From: a virus
Taxonomy: Duplodnaviria; Caudoviricetes
Strand: one strand, 5' to 3'
Virus record (IMG/VR): IMGVR_UViG_3300035670_000241
Location: 1 to 58,846 of that record
Length of the DNA: 58,846 bases
Part shown: positions 17,586-27,110 of the stretch, piece by piece
How positions within the stretch are numbered: position 1 is the stretch's first letter
Layout: every line of letters starts with the position of its first letter
Notes under the pieces: model-generated
The model's database searches: none
The model's input: the letters and a program-made list of their open reading frames with translations, nothing else
What the model was told of the DNA's origin: nothing
Position numbers and translations under genes: made by a program

Positions 17586-18824
17586 ATGGCGCTATCTGAT
17601 ACCTGGCTGAAGGCAAACCACAGCAAACCGCGCGATAGCGTGCTTGAGAAAAGTGATCGTGATGGTCTATCTGTCCGAGTGTCAGAGAAGGGCAAGATTA
17701 AGTTTCAGATGCGCTTCCGGTTTGCCGGCAAAAACCAGCGCTGTGATATTGGCACCTATCCACTCATGGGCCTGGCTGATGCGCGCAAAGAGTGTCAGCG
17801 GTATCGCGCTGAACTGGAGCAAGGTAAAGATCCGCGGCTGGTGAAAAAGCTGGAGCGTGAAGCGGTCCTATATGCCGGCACCTTTGAAGATATGTTCAAG
17901 CAGTGGCACTCGAGCACAAAAGCAGAGCAGGTATCTGGCGCCGAAATTCTGGCGACTTTTGAGAAGCATGTATTCCCGAGCTTTGGCCGGTTCCCAGCAC
18001 CAGATTTGACCATGCACGTATGGCTCGATTTTCTGGAGAAGCAAACCAAGGCACGGCCTTATATTGCACAGCGCATTCTGACGAACCTGAAAATGGTTTA
18101 TCGCTGGGCAGTAAAACGCCAGCTCACCGAACACAACCCAGTGGCCGACATATTCAGTGGCGAAGATCTGAAGATTGAGAAATCAGAAACCACCCGCGTA
18201 TTAAGTGCGGATGAAATCAAGCTGGTGTATGAGGCGCTTGAGAACAGTACCATTTGGCCGAAGAACAAGATCCTGATCGAGCTGTGTCTGTTCTACGGGT
18301 GCCGGGTCAGTGAACTGCGACTGGCTGAGCGTGATCACTTCGACTTTAAAAAGATGGTTTGGACTGTTCCGGTAGAGAACCACAAAATGGGCGACCAGAT
18401 TAAAAAGGCATTGGTCCGGCCTATCATTCCAGAAGTGGTACCGCTGCTGCAAACATTAATGGATATGACGGCCGGCACATATCTTTTCCCGCACCGGGAT
18501 GAAGATAGGCCAGTCAGTGACAGAGCCCACATTAAAATACCTTCTCAGCTCACTACCTGGCTGCGTGAAAACCGAAAAGTCAAAATCGACAGCTGGAGTG
18601 TCCATGATTTACGCCGCACAGCCCGGACAAACTGGAGTAGCCTGACCGATAGCGATATCGCTGAAATTATGCTGGGCCACAAGTTGCCCGGTGTAAAAGC
18701 TGTGTATGACCATCACGACTATTTGCCAAGGCAGCAAGCTGCTTATAAAGCTTGGTGGGAACGGCTGCAGCGGATCCGGAACGGCGAGCAGAATGATAAC
18801 GTGGTTGAGATGCGACGCAGTTAA
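17586..18824 (+). CDS. int: Tyrosine integrase with N-terminal arm-binding domain
   Basis: DRDGLSVRV arm domain; catalytic R (GCRVSE), HDLRR, LGH and Y (VYDH). Confidence 0.95.
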   Translation: MALSDTWLKANHSKPRDSVLEKSDRDGLSVRVSEKGKIKFQMRFRFAGKNQRCDIGTYPLMGLADARKECQRYRAELEQGKDPRLVKKLEREAVLYAGTFEDMFKQWHSSTKAEQVSGAEILATFEKHVFPSFGRFPAPDLTMHVWLDFLEKQTKARPYIAQRILTNLKMVYRWAVKRQLTEHNPVADIFSGEDLKIEKSETTRVLSADEIKLVYEALENSTIWPKNKILIELCLFYGCRVSELRLAERDHFDFKKMVWTVPVENHKMGDQIKKALVRPIIPEVVPLLQTLMDMTAGTYLFPHRDEDRPVSDRAHIKIPSQLTTWLRENRKVKIDSWSVHDLRRTARTNWSSLTDSDIAEIMLGHKLPGVKAVYDHHDYLPRQQAAYKAWWERLQRIRNGEQNDNVVEMRRS

Positions 18825-18905
18825 TTGCTGCTTAAACGCAGCGCCTGAGCATTGCTGCAATTATTACGCTTTATTCCCTGCTTATTCTGGTTTTCACATG
18901 CAATA

Positions 18906-18964
18906 TTTCCTTTGAACTAAAGGAAAATTGCGTTTATTGTCTTTTTCGACAATAGCTATATAAT
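18906..18964 (+). promoter_or_regulatory. sigma70 promoter with two palindromes
   Basis: TTGTCT-16-TATAAT; inverted repeats TTTCCTTT/AAAGGAAA (18906-18926) and TATTGTC/GACAATA (18935-18954). Confidence 0.55.
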
Positions 18965-18994
18965 CACGCACCAAAAATTAGAGATGCAAAGGAA

Positions 18995-19483
18995 ATGCGT
19001 TTTAGAGCGATTTGGAATTTCTTATCGTCTGCCGTCACCATTGCCATAATTGCGTTTGTATTGATGGGTTTTTTCAGCAACGTGACGCCCATCGATGTTG
19101 ACATGATTAAGCGGGTTTGCGGTGACAATGATAAAAACTGTGTAACGTCTGATGCTTATTGGATCGCTGTACAGATAGGCAGGCTCGATATTATTTCGAT
19201 TTGCTTGGCGATTCTTGGCGTTACAGTAGGCCTATCGGCGGTGTTCGGTTTTCTGTACGTAAAAGAAAAATCTGAAATGCTTGCGGCAGAAGCAGCTGAG
19301 AAAACTATAAATAGTTTGAGCAGTCGAATTGAGGAAAAAATTGAAAGAAACGCTATTAAGTTTATGGAAGAGCAACTTCCCAAGATAGCGCAAGACTACG
19401 TTGAGCTTGCAGCCAGCTCTAAGGATGCTGGTAGATATGCCGATGAAATCGCAGGTGAGATGGATAACGGAGACAGAGCATGA
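18995..19483 (+). CDS. Two-TM membrane protein with C-terminal coiled-coil
   Basis: Two hydrophobic helices flanking a Cys-pair loop; AT-rich. Confidence 0.7.
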   Translation: MRFRAIWNFLSSAVTIAIIAFVLMGFFSNVTPIDVDMIKRVCGDNDKNCVTSDAYWIAVQIGRLDIISICLAILGVTVGLSAVFGFLYVKEKSEMLAAEAAEKTINSLSSRIEEKIERNAIKFMEEQLPKIAQDYVELAASSKDAGRYADEIAGEMDNGDRA

Positions 19484-19965
19484 ACATTTTTGAGTTGATT
19501 ACGCACAGCAAAAAGACTTGCCCAGTCAATCTAGAAGATCTGTTTTGCAAACTGGGTATTGCTTACAAATCAATCGTTTTGCCTAGCGATATTTTCGGCT
19601 GCCTCAAAAAAATCGGTGAAGACCAATTTGAAATTGTAGTTAACTCCAATAATTCAAAGACTAGGCAGCGATTCACGGCCGCTCATGAGCTGGGCCATTA
19701 TGTACTTCATCGGCATCTATTAGGTGATGGGGTAAATGACAATACTGCGTATCGCAGCGTTGCTGGATCTGATTGTTATAATGAAAAAATAACACCTCGG
19801 CATGAAACCGAGGCTAACGGTTTCGCTGCTGAAATTCTCATGCCAAGTGATCTCGTTAGATTTGAGCATGAATTGCATGGAGCTGATGTAGCTCGATTGG
19901 CCTCCCGTTTTCAAGTTTCGAATATGGCCATGGAAATAAGATTACGGTCTCTCGGATACAGATAA
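19480..19965 (+). CDS. ImmA/IrrE-family zinc metallopeptidase
   Basis: RQRFTAAHELGHYVLH and E.EANGFAAEILMP motifs. Confidence 0.9.
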   Translation: MNIFELITHSKKTCPVNLEDLFCKLGIAYKSIVLPSDIFGCLKKIGEDQFEIVVNSNNSKTRQRFTAAHELGHYVLHRHLLGDGVNDNTAYRSVAGSDCYNEKITPRHETEANGFAAEILMPSDLVRFEHELHGADVARLASRFQVSNMAMEIRLRSLGYR

Positions 19966-19966
19966 T

Positions 19967-19995
19967 AAAATAGCCCGCTTAATGCGGGCTTTTTT
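19967..19995. terminator. Bidirectional intrinsic terminator
   Basis: A-run, AGCCCGC-TTAAT-GCGGGCT, T-run between convergent units. Confidence 0.8.
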
Positions 19996-20717
19996 ATGCC
20001 GACCGTTCAGCCTGCTTGTCAGTTTACCAACGCAAAGCGATGTTACCTGCTAGGCGGGATCGGCTTTCACGGTGCCGCCTCATATTTCCGTGAAAACTCA
20101 CTGCGGTTTTAAAGTCCTGCAGCTGACTGTTCCGTGCGGGTGCGTGGCTAACTTATGAGTTAAACCTTTGCCAAGGGTAACTACGCGCTGCCATGCGGCC
20201 TGCTCCGCGCTAAGTCCCATTCGGAGCAATGAACTGGCCTCTGGTGTGTTTGTGAGGCTTTCTTCTCGCTGTTTCGCCTGCTGCTTGCTCGGTACAGTGT
20301 GAGCTGTTGCAGTCCGCCTTCCTCTCACACCGCGCAATCACCACTTGCGCATTCAGCTCATTGGTTTCGGTGCCTGTGTGGGTAATGCGCCACGACCTCT
20401 CGTATTCTTGGTAGATCAATCCAAGCGAGCGCTCTGATACACTGAGCTAACAAACACCAAACCAATAAACTGGGCGACATCTCTACCGCGATAAACCGCC
20501 ATTACAGCGGGAAATGCATAACAACCTCCAGATATCCAACTGCCTCTTTCTTGGCTGGCAATGTGGCCGCTCTGTATGTGTCATAAACTGGCCCCGCAGC
20601 CACCGATTTGAAGTTCGTTATGCTTTCAGCCTGGGCAAACCCTAAAACGTACAACGTGTTTAAAGTTTCGGCTGCGGGGTGTCGTTTATTTTGCCTGTGA
20701 TTTTTCTAAGTTCAATA

Positions 20718-21296
20718 TCAGATGCAGTGCAAAATGCGCTTGCACTGCAGACCAATCGGAGCGAACGGAAGTGCCGGAATGTCGTCGTCAAAGTCGATTG
20801 GCGGCGCCATAGGGCCCCCGGTCGCTAGTGCTGCCGGGCGCTGGTTGTGACCGGTTGATTTCTGGTAACCGCTGTAATACTGCCCCTGGTGTTTAGCCGG
20901 CTGCTGCGCTGTGGCCTGCCGGCTTTGGCCGGCCTGTGGTTGTGGCACGCCGCTGTTACTGACGCCATCCAACATCTGCAGGTCGTTGGCAATAATCTCA
21001 GTGGTGTAACGCTCGACGCCCTGATTGTCCTGCCACTTGCGGGTGCGCAGCCGGCCTTCGATATACACCTTGCTGCCTTTCTTCAGGTATTCGCCGGCGA
21101 TTTCAGCCAGGCGCTGGTATATCACTACGCGATGCCACTCGGTGACTTCCTTCTTCTCGTTGGTCTGTTTATCAGTCCAGCTTTCTGAAGTAGCGATGGT
21201 GATATTGGCAATGGCGCCGCCGGTGGCGTTGTAACGCACCTCCGGATCTGCGCCCAAATTGCCGATTAAAATGACTTTGTTGATGCCTCTGGCCAT
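20718..21296 (-). CDS. ssb: Single-stranded DNA-binding protein
   Basis: [22 protein letters not shown]...DFDDDIP. Confidence 0.95.
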   Translation of the reverse strand: MARGINKVILIGNLGADPEVRYNATGGAIANITIATSESWTDKQTNEKKEVTEWHRVVIYQRLAEIAGEYLKKGSKVYIEGRLRTRKWQDNQGVERYTTEIIANDLQMLDGVSNSGVPQPQAGQSRQATAQQPAKHQGQYYSGYQKSTGHNQRPAALATGGPMAPPIDFDDDIPALPFAPIGLQCKRILHCI

Positions 21297-21322
21297 TGGT
21301 GTTCCTTATCAGTTAGGTTCAG

Positions 21323-21832
21323 TTACGCAGCTTTCTCATTCGGAATGCCGTCGTATATTTCGTGAAGGTGCCCGCGGATATCCATCCGCCGTAGCGCCGA
21401 ATACATGAGCTGTGTTTCAGCTCGTTTGTTAGCGTTTTTGAATGGCATATTCCAGAGCTGGGTGTTGGTCGGGATGCCGTGAACCCGCTCTATTTTCCGT
21501 GGGTGACACCACAGCAATCCCCAGCCTTCCGGCAAATCTTCAGGCTTTATCATGCCGGGTGGGCAGAGGAAAAACCGCCACTCGCCCATGCCGTCCTCTG
21601 GATTAACCCGAAAGCGTTTTTTGCGGTCGGCCAGAAAGTCAGCTCGGCTTGCCTTGCACTCAATGAGGAATGAAATACTGTCGCGCCAGCCTATTGCATC
21701 AGGCTGCTCGCCAGAGTGAGTAGCCGCTCTGAACGGGTCGCGGAATACCACACCGCAACCCATGTTTTTGAGGAATTTTTCGGCGCGCAGCACCAGTTCG
21801 TTGTGTGTCACGATTAAGCCTCCGTTACTCAT
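21323..21832 (-). CDS. PD-(D/E)XK nuclease-like protein (MmcB-like)
   Basis: PDAIGW...IECKASRADFLAD...LPEGWGLL. Confidence 0.65.
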   Translation of the reverse strand: MSNGGLIVTHNELVLRAEKFLKNMGCGVVFRDPFRAATHSGEQPDAIGWRDSISFLIECKASRADFLADRKKRFRVNPEDGMGEWRFFLCPPGMIKPEDLPEGWGLLWCHPRKIERVHGIPTNTQLWNMPFKNANKRAETQLMYSALRRMDIRGHLHEIYDGIPNEKAA

Positions 21833-22037
21833 TCACCCACATCCAAATCCAGAGCAGGTGCCAACACACCAGCAGGATCCAGCCAAAGTCGCTGTAGGTC
21901 AGCGGATTAAGGTCAGACAGGTCGATGCTGCGGACCAGCAGCCAGTTCATCAGTACAGCGCATAGGTGCAGCGCTACGCCGATGCCGAGCCACACCAGCC
22001 AGCGCAGTGGGCCATATTGGGAGAATAGGGAGGTCAT
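21825..22037 (-). CDS. Small membrane protein
   Basis: Two hydrophobic segments; overlapping start/stop in operon. Confidence 0.5.
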   Translation of the reverse strand: MTSLFSQYGPLRWLVWLGIGVALHLCAVLMNWLLVRSIDLSDLNPLTYSDFGWILLVCWHLLWIWMWVNE

Positions 22038-22222
22038 TTCCGTCCTCGCTTCGCTGACTTGCGCTTTTTGGCTGCACGCTTTATTGCGGCGGCCCCGCTA
22101 TTCCGAGCTTTGGATTTTGGAGCGGTAAACGTCTGGTGATCCGGCATTACAAAGTGCGCTGTTTCGGGACAGACTAATCTGGAAAAAGCACAGCCGACCA
22201 AGGCGATATGATTTCCAATCAT
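22034..22222 (-). CDS. Hypothetical basic protein
   Basis: GAAAIKRAAKKRK tail; coupled overlaps. Confidence 0.5.
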   Translation of the reverse strand: MIGNHIALVGCAFSRLVCPETAHFVMPDHQTFTAPKSKARNSGAAAIKRAAKKRKSAKRGRK

Positions 22223-22389
22223 TCCGCACCGCCTTTCCGGATGATTACGCGATTCATCATTACTTCAATTTGCTCGACAGAAAGGGCAGAAACAATCAAA
22301 GCAATCCCAGTGGAAAACATCTCTTTATCTGCGTGCCAAAACGCATAATTTAGAACGAGAAAACCAAAAAATTTCATGAAAAATAGCAT
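22219..22389 (-). CDS. Small hypothetical protein (56 aa, not in ORF track)
   Basis: MLFFMKFFGFLVLNYAFWH...KGGAE fills the operon gap with coupled overlaps. Confidence 0.45.
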   Translation of the reverse strand: MLFFMKFFGFLVLNYAFWHADKEMFSTGIALIVSALSVEQIEVMMNRVIIRKGGAE

Positions 22390-23096
22390 CACTTCACCTC
22401 CTGTTGGATGCGGTTGGCATGATTCACTAAGTCAGAATGTGCGCAAAAATCGCCGCTGTACTTGTTGCACTCGTTCGCAGCCTTAATTACAGCCTCAGCC
22501 CGCACCCGCGCGAGACAGGCGGCTGGTGTTACTGAGCGCAGGTTTTTTAAATAGCGTGTCAAAAATCCTGCGGTTGACTCTATGTGTCCCTCACCGACAT
22601 CCAAAGTTTGCTCATGCTCAGACAACCAAGCCAGACAACCTTCGATAGCTTCTTCGTCAATGCGCAACGCCTCAACCTGCGCGGCTAGTGCGTCACGCTC
22701 TGCAACAACCCGACGCACTTCATCTGCCGTGCTTTCTTCCGGATTGGCGCTGATGGCCTCACGGATTTCCCGCAGTTCGCACCATGCGGTATCACGCTCA
22801 GCCTTAATTGTCTCAATCGCCTCCACCACAGATTTAGGGCCATCTTCACCAACGGCCTGCATCATGGTTTGTTCCCATGTGATTTCGGCGTTTCGGTGCA
22901 TCGACACTTCACGCTCCAACTCCGAAATCCGATTAGCCAGAGTGATATTTGAAACCGGTTGCAAACCGCCGAGCAGTTCAACCTGCTCCTGCACATCGGC
23001 GACCGGATAACGGTTGGCTGTCGGGATAAATCCGCTGGTTTGCATGTCGCAGTAGTCATCAAGCACCGCTGCGATGTATTCAAAATTCGGTGTCAT
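22389..23096 (-). CDS. Ead/Ea22-like coiled-coil accessory protein
   Basis: AERDALAAQVEAL and TPAACLARVRAEAV motifs; ATGA overlap with the MTase gene. Confidence 0.5.
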   Translation of the reverse strand: MTPNFEYIAAVLDDYCDMQTSGFIPTANRYPVADVQEQVELLGGLQPVSNITLANRISELEREVSMHRNAEITWEQTMMQAVGEDGPKSVVEAIETIKAERDTAWCELREIREAISANPEESTADEVRRVVAERDALAAQVEALRIDEEAIEGCLAWLSEHEQTLDVGEGHIESTAGFLTRYLKNLRSVTPAACLARVRAEAVIKAANECNKYSGDFCAHSDLVNHANRIQQEVK

Positions 23097-24748
23097 GCTG
23101 CCTCCTGTTCGCGTGTGCAAAGTTCTGGCAAGTTCGCTCGCACCAGTGCTTCTGCAACCATTGGCGATACTGAGTTGCCGCACCGGCCAACCTGCGATGC
23201 TTTTGACATAGGTTTGCCTGATGCGTCCCGGTCTATGATGTAGTCATCTGGGAAGCCCTGAGCTTTGAACAGCTCATGTGGCTGCAGCATGCGCATGCCG
23301 ATGTCTACAATCACATGGTCAACGCCATTCACGGTGATTAGGCCAAAGCGGTCGCGGCCAGTGATTGTGTGCAATGGGTCTTTCAGTTCGCAGCCGTCTT
23401 GCTCGTTGCCGTAATACTTCAGCAAAAATGCCCGAACTTCTCCGACATGATTGCCACCGGCAGTAATCGTTGGCATAGGTTCAGTTACTGGCTGACCGTC
23501 TTGACAGGTGCCGCGCAGCTTCACCAAGTGGCTGGTGATCAGAGCTTGTGTATTTGCTGTGCCAAGGCGTTTCTGCTTTCCGCCTGCAGTTATTGTGTGA
23601 ACCGGTGAGTCCAGCTCATAGCCAACTGAGCCGGTCCTGAATTTCGTCATGAAAGCAGCCACCAGCTGAGACTTGCCACCGCCGCCGGCGGTAATTGTGG
23701 CGCTTGGCTCGTCAGCACCATGGCCGATGGATTTGCCGAACTGGCGCGCGATGACCGGTGCCACAATGGCAAAGTGGCCACCTTTCACCTGGGCGCAGAT
23801 AGTGCGCAGCGGTTCATCAGTTGCCATGTTGCGCTGATTGCTGGCGTTGGCATGCTCAGTTATGAACGGGGTGAACTGACCTTCGACAATAAACGGCTTT
23901 TCTGCCTCAATTACATAACGCACCAAGCCTTTGGCGATCCGCTTCATGGTGGCTTCTGCCAACGGCTTTTTCCGGCCGAAAATGCTCGGGCATGGTAACG
24001 ACCAATCGATGCACTCAGCCGCGGTGCGGTATGGTTGCAACAGACCGGCTTTAACCTCTTTGCTGTCTGGTTTTCCGTGCGATGGTTTAGGCCACACAAT
24101 TGGTCGGCCATCACAGCGGGCAACCATAAACAGGCGCTTGCGGATAGTCGGCGCGCCATAGTCGCAGGCCCGCAGTTCCTTCCACTCAACTTTGTAGCCC
24201 AGACCTTTAATCAGCGGTGTTGGATCTGCAATGCCTAACACTTCGCAGCACTCGGCCAGTGCGGGGTGATCTGCAGCAATGCCGGTGCTCAGTATTGCCA
24301 CGAATGCTTTGAAGGTTTCGCCCTTGCGGTCAGGGCATGGGAAGTGATTGCCTTCGTCATCGGCAACCAGCGGCCCCCAGGTCTGATACTCTTCGACGTT
24401 TTCCAGCATCAGCGCTTTTGGCCGGACCTTTAACGCCCAGCGCACAGCAATCCAGCCAAGGCCGCGGATAAACTTGCTGACCGGCTTTGAGCCTTTCGCT
24501 TTGCTGAAGTGAGTGCAGTCTGGTGACAACCAGCACAGGTCAACTGGCCGGCCAGCGGTCGCCTGCAGTGGATCCACATCAAATACTGATTCGCAGTAGT
24601 GAAGGGTGCCTGGGTGATTTGCAGTGTGCATGGCGATAGCGTCTGGATCATGGTTGATTGCGATATCAACTGACCGACCGATAGCCATTTCAATACCAGT
24701 GGATGCACCGCCACCGCCGGCAAAGTTATCAATGATTAAGCCGCGCAT
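23093..24748 (-). CDS. C5 cytosine DNA methyltransferase
   Basis: FAGGGG, SPDCTHFS, ENV, RKRLF and GNSV motifs. Confidence 0.92.
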   Translation of the reverse strand: MRGLIIDNFAGGGGASTGIEMAIGRSVDIAINHDPDAIAMHTANHPGTLHYCESVFDVDPLQATAGRPVDLCWLSPDCTHFSKAKGSKPVSKFIRGLGWIAVRWALKVRPKALMLENVEEYQTWGPLVADDEGNHFPCPDRKGETFKAFVAILSTGIAADHPALAECCEVLGIADPTPLIKGLGYKVEWKELRACDYGAPTIRKRLFMVARCDGRPIVWPKPSHGKPDSKEVKAGLLQPYRTAAECIDWSLPCPSIFGRKKPLAEATMKRIAKGLVRYVIEAEKPFIVEGQFTPFITEHANASNQRNMATDEPLRTICAQVKGGHFAIVAPVIARQFGKSIGHGADEPSATITAGGGGKSQLVAAFMTKFRTGSVGYELDSPVHTITAGGKQKRLGTANTQALITSHLVKLRGTCQDGQPVTEPMPTITAGGNHVGEVRAFLLKYYGNEQDGCELKDPLHTITGRDRFGLITVNGVDHVIVDIGMRMLQPHELFKAQGFPDDYIIDRDASGKPMSKASQVGRCGNSVSPMVAEALVRANLPELCTREQEAA

Positions 24749-25494
24749 GATTGAATGTCCTGTTTAATTACCTGGCAAATATGTTCCCGACTGTTACCAG
24801 CCAGCAGCATCTGGTTGGCTGTATAACAAAGGTGATTGAATTGCGGTGAAGCTGGCTCAACCGGTGCAGAATCAAAGGCAGCTCTAACCGCCTGAACAAC
24901 TTCGGTTGGCCATTTGTGGGCGATTTCTGGTGATGCCTGAATTACCGGCTCAGCTGGTTTTTCTGGTTCTGCTGCAGGCTTTTGCGCCAAAACTTCGCGG
25001 CCCTTAGCCATTAACTCATCGCGCGGCACATGACTCACCAGAGGCGCGGTGCGACCGAACGGATGCCAGATTAAAAACATGCTGCCTTTGTTGTTTCCGG
25101 CAGCTGGTTTGCCGGTAACTGGATCTAAAAAGCTGATGCGGCCACCAACGATAAAGCGCACTTCCTGACAGGTTTTAATTGCCTCGGCATACCAGCCAAC
25201 ACTGGTATCTGACATGACCAACATCACGCAGCCGATGCCGGCTTGCGATTGTTCGGCTGCTTTGCGAACCCAGGGGCCGATATCTGAATAAGGTGGGTTG
25301 CACCAGACATATGCGCCGGCCCAGCTACGGCCATCTTGCGGCACCCAAGCGCGGCTCAGTGCGTTCTCTTGCTCATTGATGAAGATGTCAACCAGCGCAT
25401 TATCCCGGCTGGCTGCGACATCGACCATGAAATGGAATTCAGAATGCAGAGCTGCGAACAGCTCCGGCGGGGTGCGGTAGGCGTCACGGTTCAT
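24736..25494 (-). CDS. Phage N6-adenine DNA methyltransferase (Dam-phage family)
   Basis: TPPELF..DVAAS..WCNPPYS..GRISF..GNNKGS. Confidence 0.9.
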   Translation of the reverse strand: MNRDAYRTPPELFAALHSEFHFMVDVAASRDNALVDIFINEQENALSRAWVPQDGRSWAGAYVWCNPPYSDIGPWVRKAAEQSQAGIGCVMLVMSDTSVGWYAEAIKTCQEVRFIVGGRISFLDPVTGKPAAGNNKGSMFLIWHPFGRTAPLVSHVPRDELMAKGREVLAQKPAAEPEKPAEPVIQASPEIAHKWPTEVVQAVRAAFDSAPVEPASPQFNHLCYTANQMLLAGNSREHICQVIKQDIQSCAA

Positions 25495-25790
25495 GCCGCC
25501 TCCCGCCGCTCTAACCGCACAGCCAGCTGCGGATAGTGTTGAAGGATGTCGTTCATGCGCACTGCAAACTCAAAAGCGATGTCGTAGTGGCGCACATAAC
25601 GGTTTTTCTGGTTTGGGCCTACCGGCAGCAGCCATGCACCTTCAACTTCACAGAAGGGGATAATGGCCATGCCGACTTTGATCGGGCTTCTGAATCGCAG
25701 CGCCAGTTGGCGCCGCTCTTCTTTGCTCAGTTCGAACTCTCTTGGCGCCGGCTTTTTGTTCTGGTGCCAACCGGCTTTCGTGTTGCTCAT
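25491..25790 (-). CDS. Hypothetical protein
   Basis: Coupled overlaps within the early-left operon. Confidence 0.55.
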   Translation of the reverse strand: MSNTKAGWHQNKKPAPREFELSKEERRQLALRFRSPIKVGMAIIPFCEVEGAWLLPVGPNQKNRYVRHYDIAFEFAVRMNDILQHYPQLAVRLERREAA

Positions 25791-25984
25791 GCGGCCTCCT
25801 GAGTCGGTGCATTTACATTGGCCAGACGCTGCAGGTCAGCGACTGCGTATTTTGGTGTTTTGAACTGAGGCAGGGCTTGCACCCGGCCTTCGTTCCGCCA
25901 CCGCCACAGCGTGATGCTGGACACGCCCAACATCTCCGCTGCTTTCTTTTGGTTGACGATCAGTGCCATGGTTAAGCTCTCCAA
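25787..25984 (-). CDS. Excisionase-like HTH protein
   Basis: KKAAEMLGVSSITLWRWRNEG. Confidence 0.7.
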   Translation of the reverse strand: MESLTMALIVNQKKAAEMLGVSSITLWRWRNEGRVQALPQFKTPKYAVADLQRLANVNAPTQEAA

Positions 25985-27099
25985 AACACTCGGCCGGCGT
26001 GGACAATGCCAATCAGGCCATCTTCTTTGGTGCGAATTGCATACTGCTGGCCATCAGCCTGCTGAGCTTCAATTGCGGCCTGAGCTGCCTGCTCAAAACT
26101 TGGGGCGTTCAGCTTCACTACCTTGTCGCTCATTGGTGCGTAGTACACTTTGAGGGCTTGCGATTGCGGGGCTGCAGCTTGCTGAACTGGCGCCGGTTCC
26201 TGATGCTGCGCCACCGGTGCGGCATGCTGTTGAGCTGCTTGCTCGGCTGCACGCTGTGCATTTTCTTCAGCCTGGCGCGCGCGTTCTTCAGCTTCACGAA
26301 CTCGCTGATCTGCAGCTTCCTGCGCCTGGCGGTTGCGCTCATTCTCACGAGCCATCTGCTCACGCAATTGCGCTTCAGCCTGCTCTTGGCGCTGCACTTC
26401 AGACTGCAGCATGGCTTCCAGTCGCTGGCTGTAATCGGCCTCAGGTGCGAATAGGAACACTTCAACATGCGCGCGGGTCAGTGGCGCTTTCAGGCCAGCA
26501 CGGTATGAGCGGTTTTCCAGTTCTGATAAGCGCAGCTTGATGGTGTTTTCGGCACCTTTATCATCTAGAGCGCGGGACTTGATATCGTTGACCACTTTGC
26601 CGGTCAGCTTGCCGGTTGAGGTGATGCTGCCAAGCAGTACCAGATCAGTGATATTGGATTTGCGGAACTCAGCCGACACATTCAGCGCATCCCACTCGCG
26701 GCCCAAAGCTTCGCCCAGCAGGTTGCGGATGTTGTTCAGTGTTTCTGTTTCAAACACGCTGATTTGTGAACCCAGCTTTTCGACACCGCCTTTGCACATG
26801 GCAACCAGCTCTTTCATCTGAGCTTCAAATTCTTTGATTGGCCCGCTCACTTGCTCGACAGCGGCCTTGCGGCGCTTGTCGAACTCAGTGGCGTTTTTGT
26901 TCAGCTCAATCTTCAGCTTTTTGGCATCGGCCAGCGTGTCGGCTGTGACTACAACGTCATACTTCTCCAGAGCTTTGGTCAGCGATTCCTTGAGTTCAAC
27001 AAAGTTCACGCTGATCACTGCCGGCGTAGACTGCACGCACATCAGTTCAGTGGCTGGTACTAGGCTTTCTTCAATTTGAATGGCTTCAACTGCAGACAT
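25972..27099 (-). CDS. DUF1351-like coiled-coil protein
   Basis: ISVNFVELKE...DAKKLKIELNK...PIKEFE; position next to recT. Confidence 0.65.
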   Translation of the reverse strand: MSAVEAIQIEESLVPATELMCVQSTPAVISVNFVELKESLTKALEKYDVVVTADTLADAKKLKIELNKNATEFDKRRKAAVEQVSGPIKEFEAQMKELVAMCKGGVEKLGSQISVFETETLNNIRNLLGEALGREWDALNVSAEFRKSNITDLVLLGSITSTGKLTGKVVNDIKSRALDDKGAENTIKLRLSELENRSYRAGLKAPLTRAHVEVFLFAPEADYSQRLEAMLQSEVQRQEQAEAQLREQMARENERNRQAQEAADQRVREAEERARQAEENAQRAAEQAAQQHAAPVAQHQEPAPVQQAAAPQSQALKVYYAPMSDKVVKLNAPSFEQAAQAAIEAQQADGQQYAIRTKEDGLIGIVHAGRVFWRA

Positions 27100-27110
27100 C
27101 GTGAGTCTCC

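Noticed and set aside
17380-17610. 76-aa ORF upstream of int
   Set aside because: Runs across the att arm-type sites with no RBS; likely spurious
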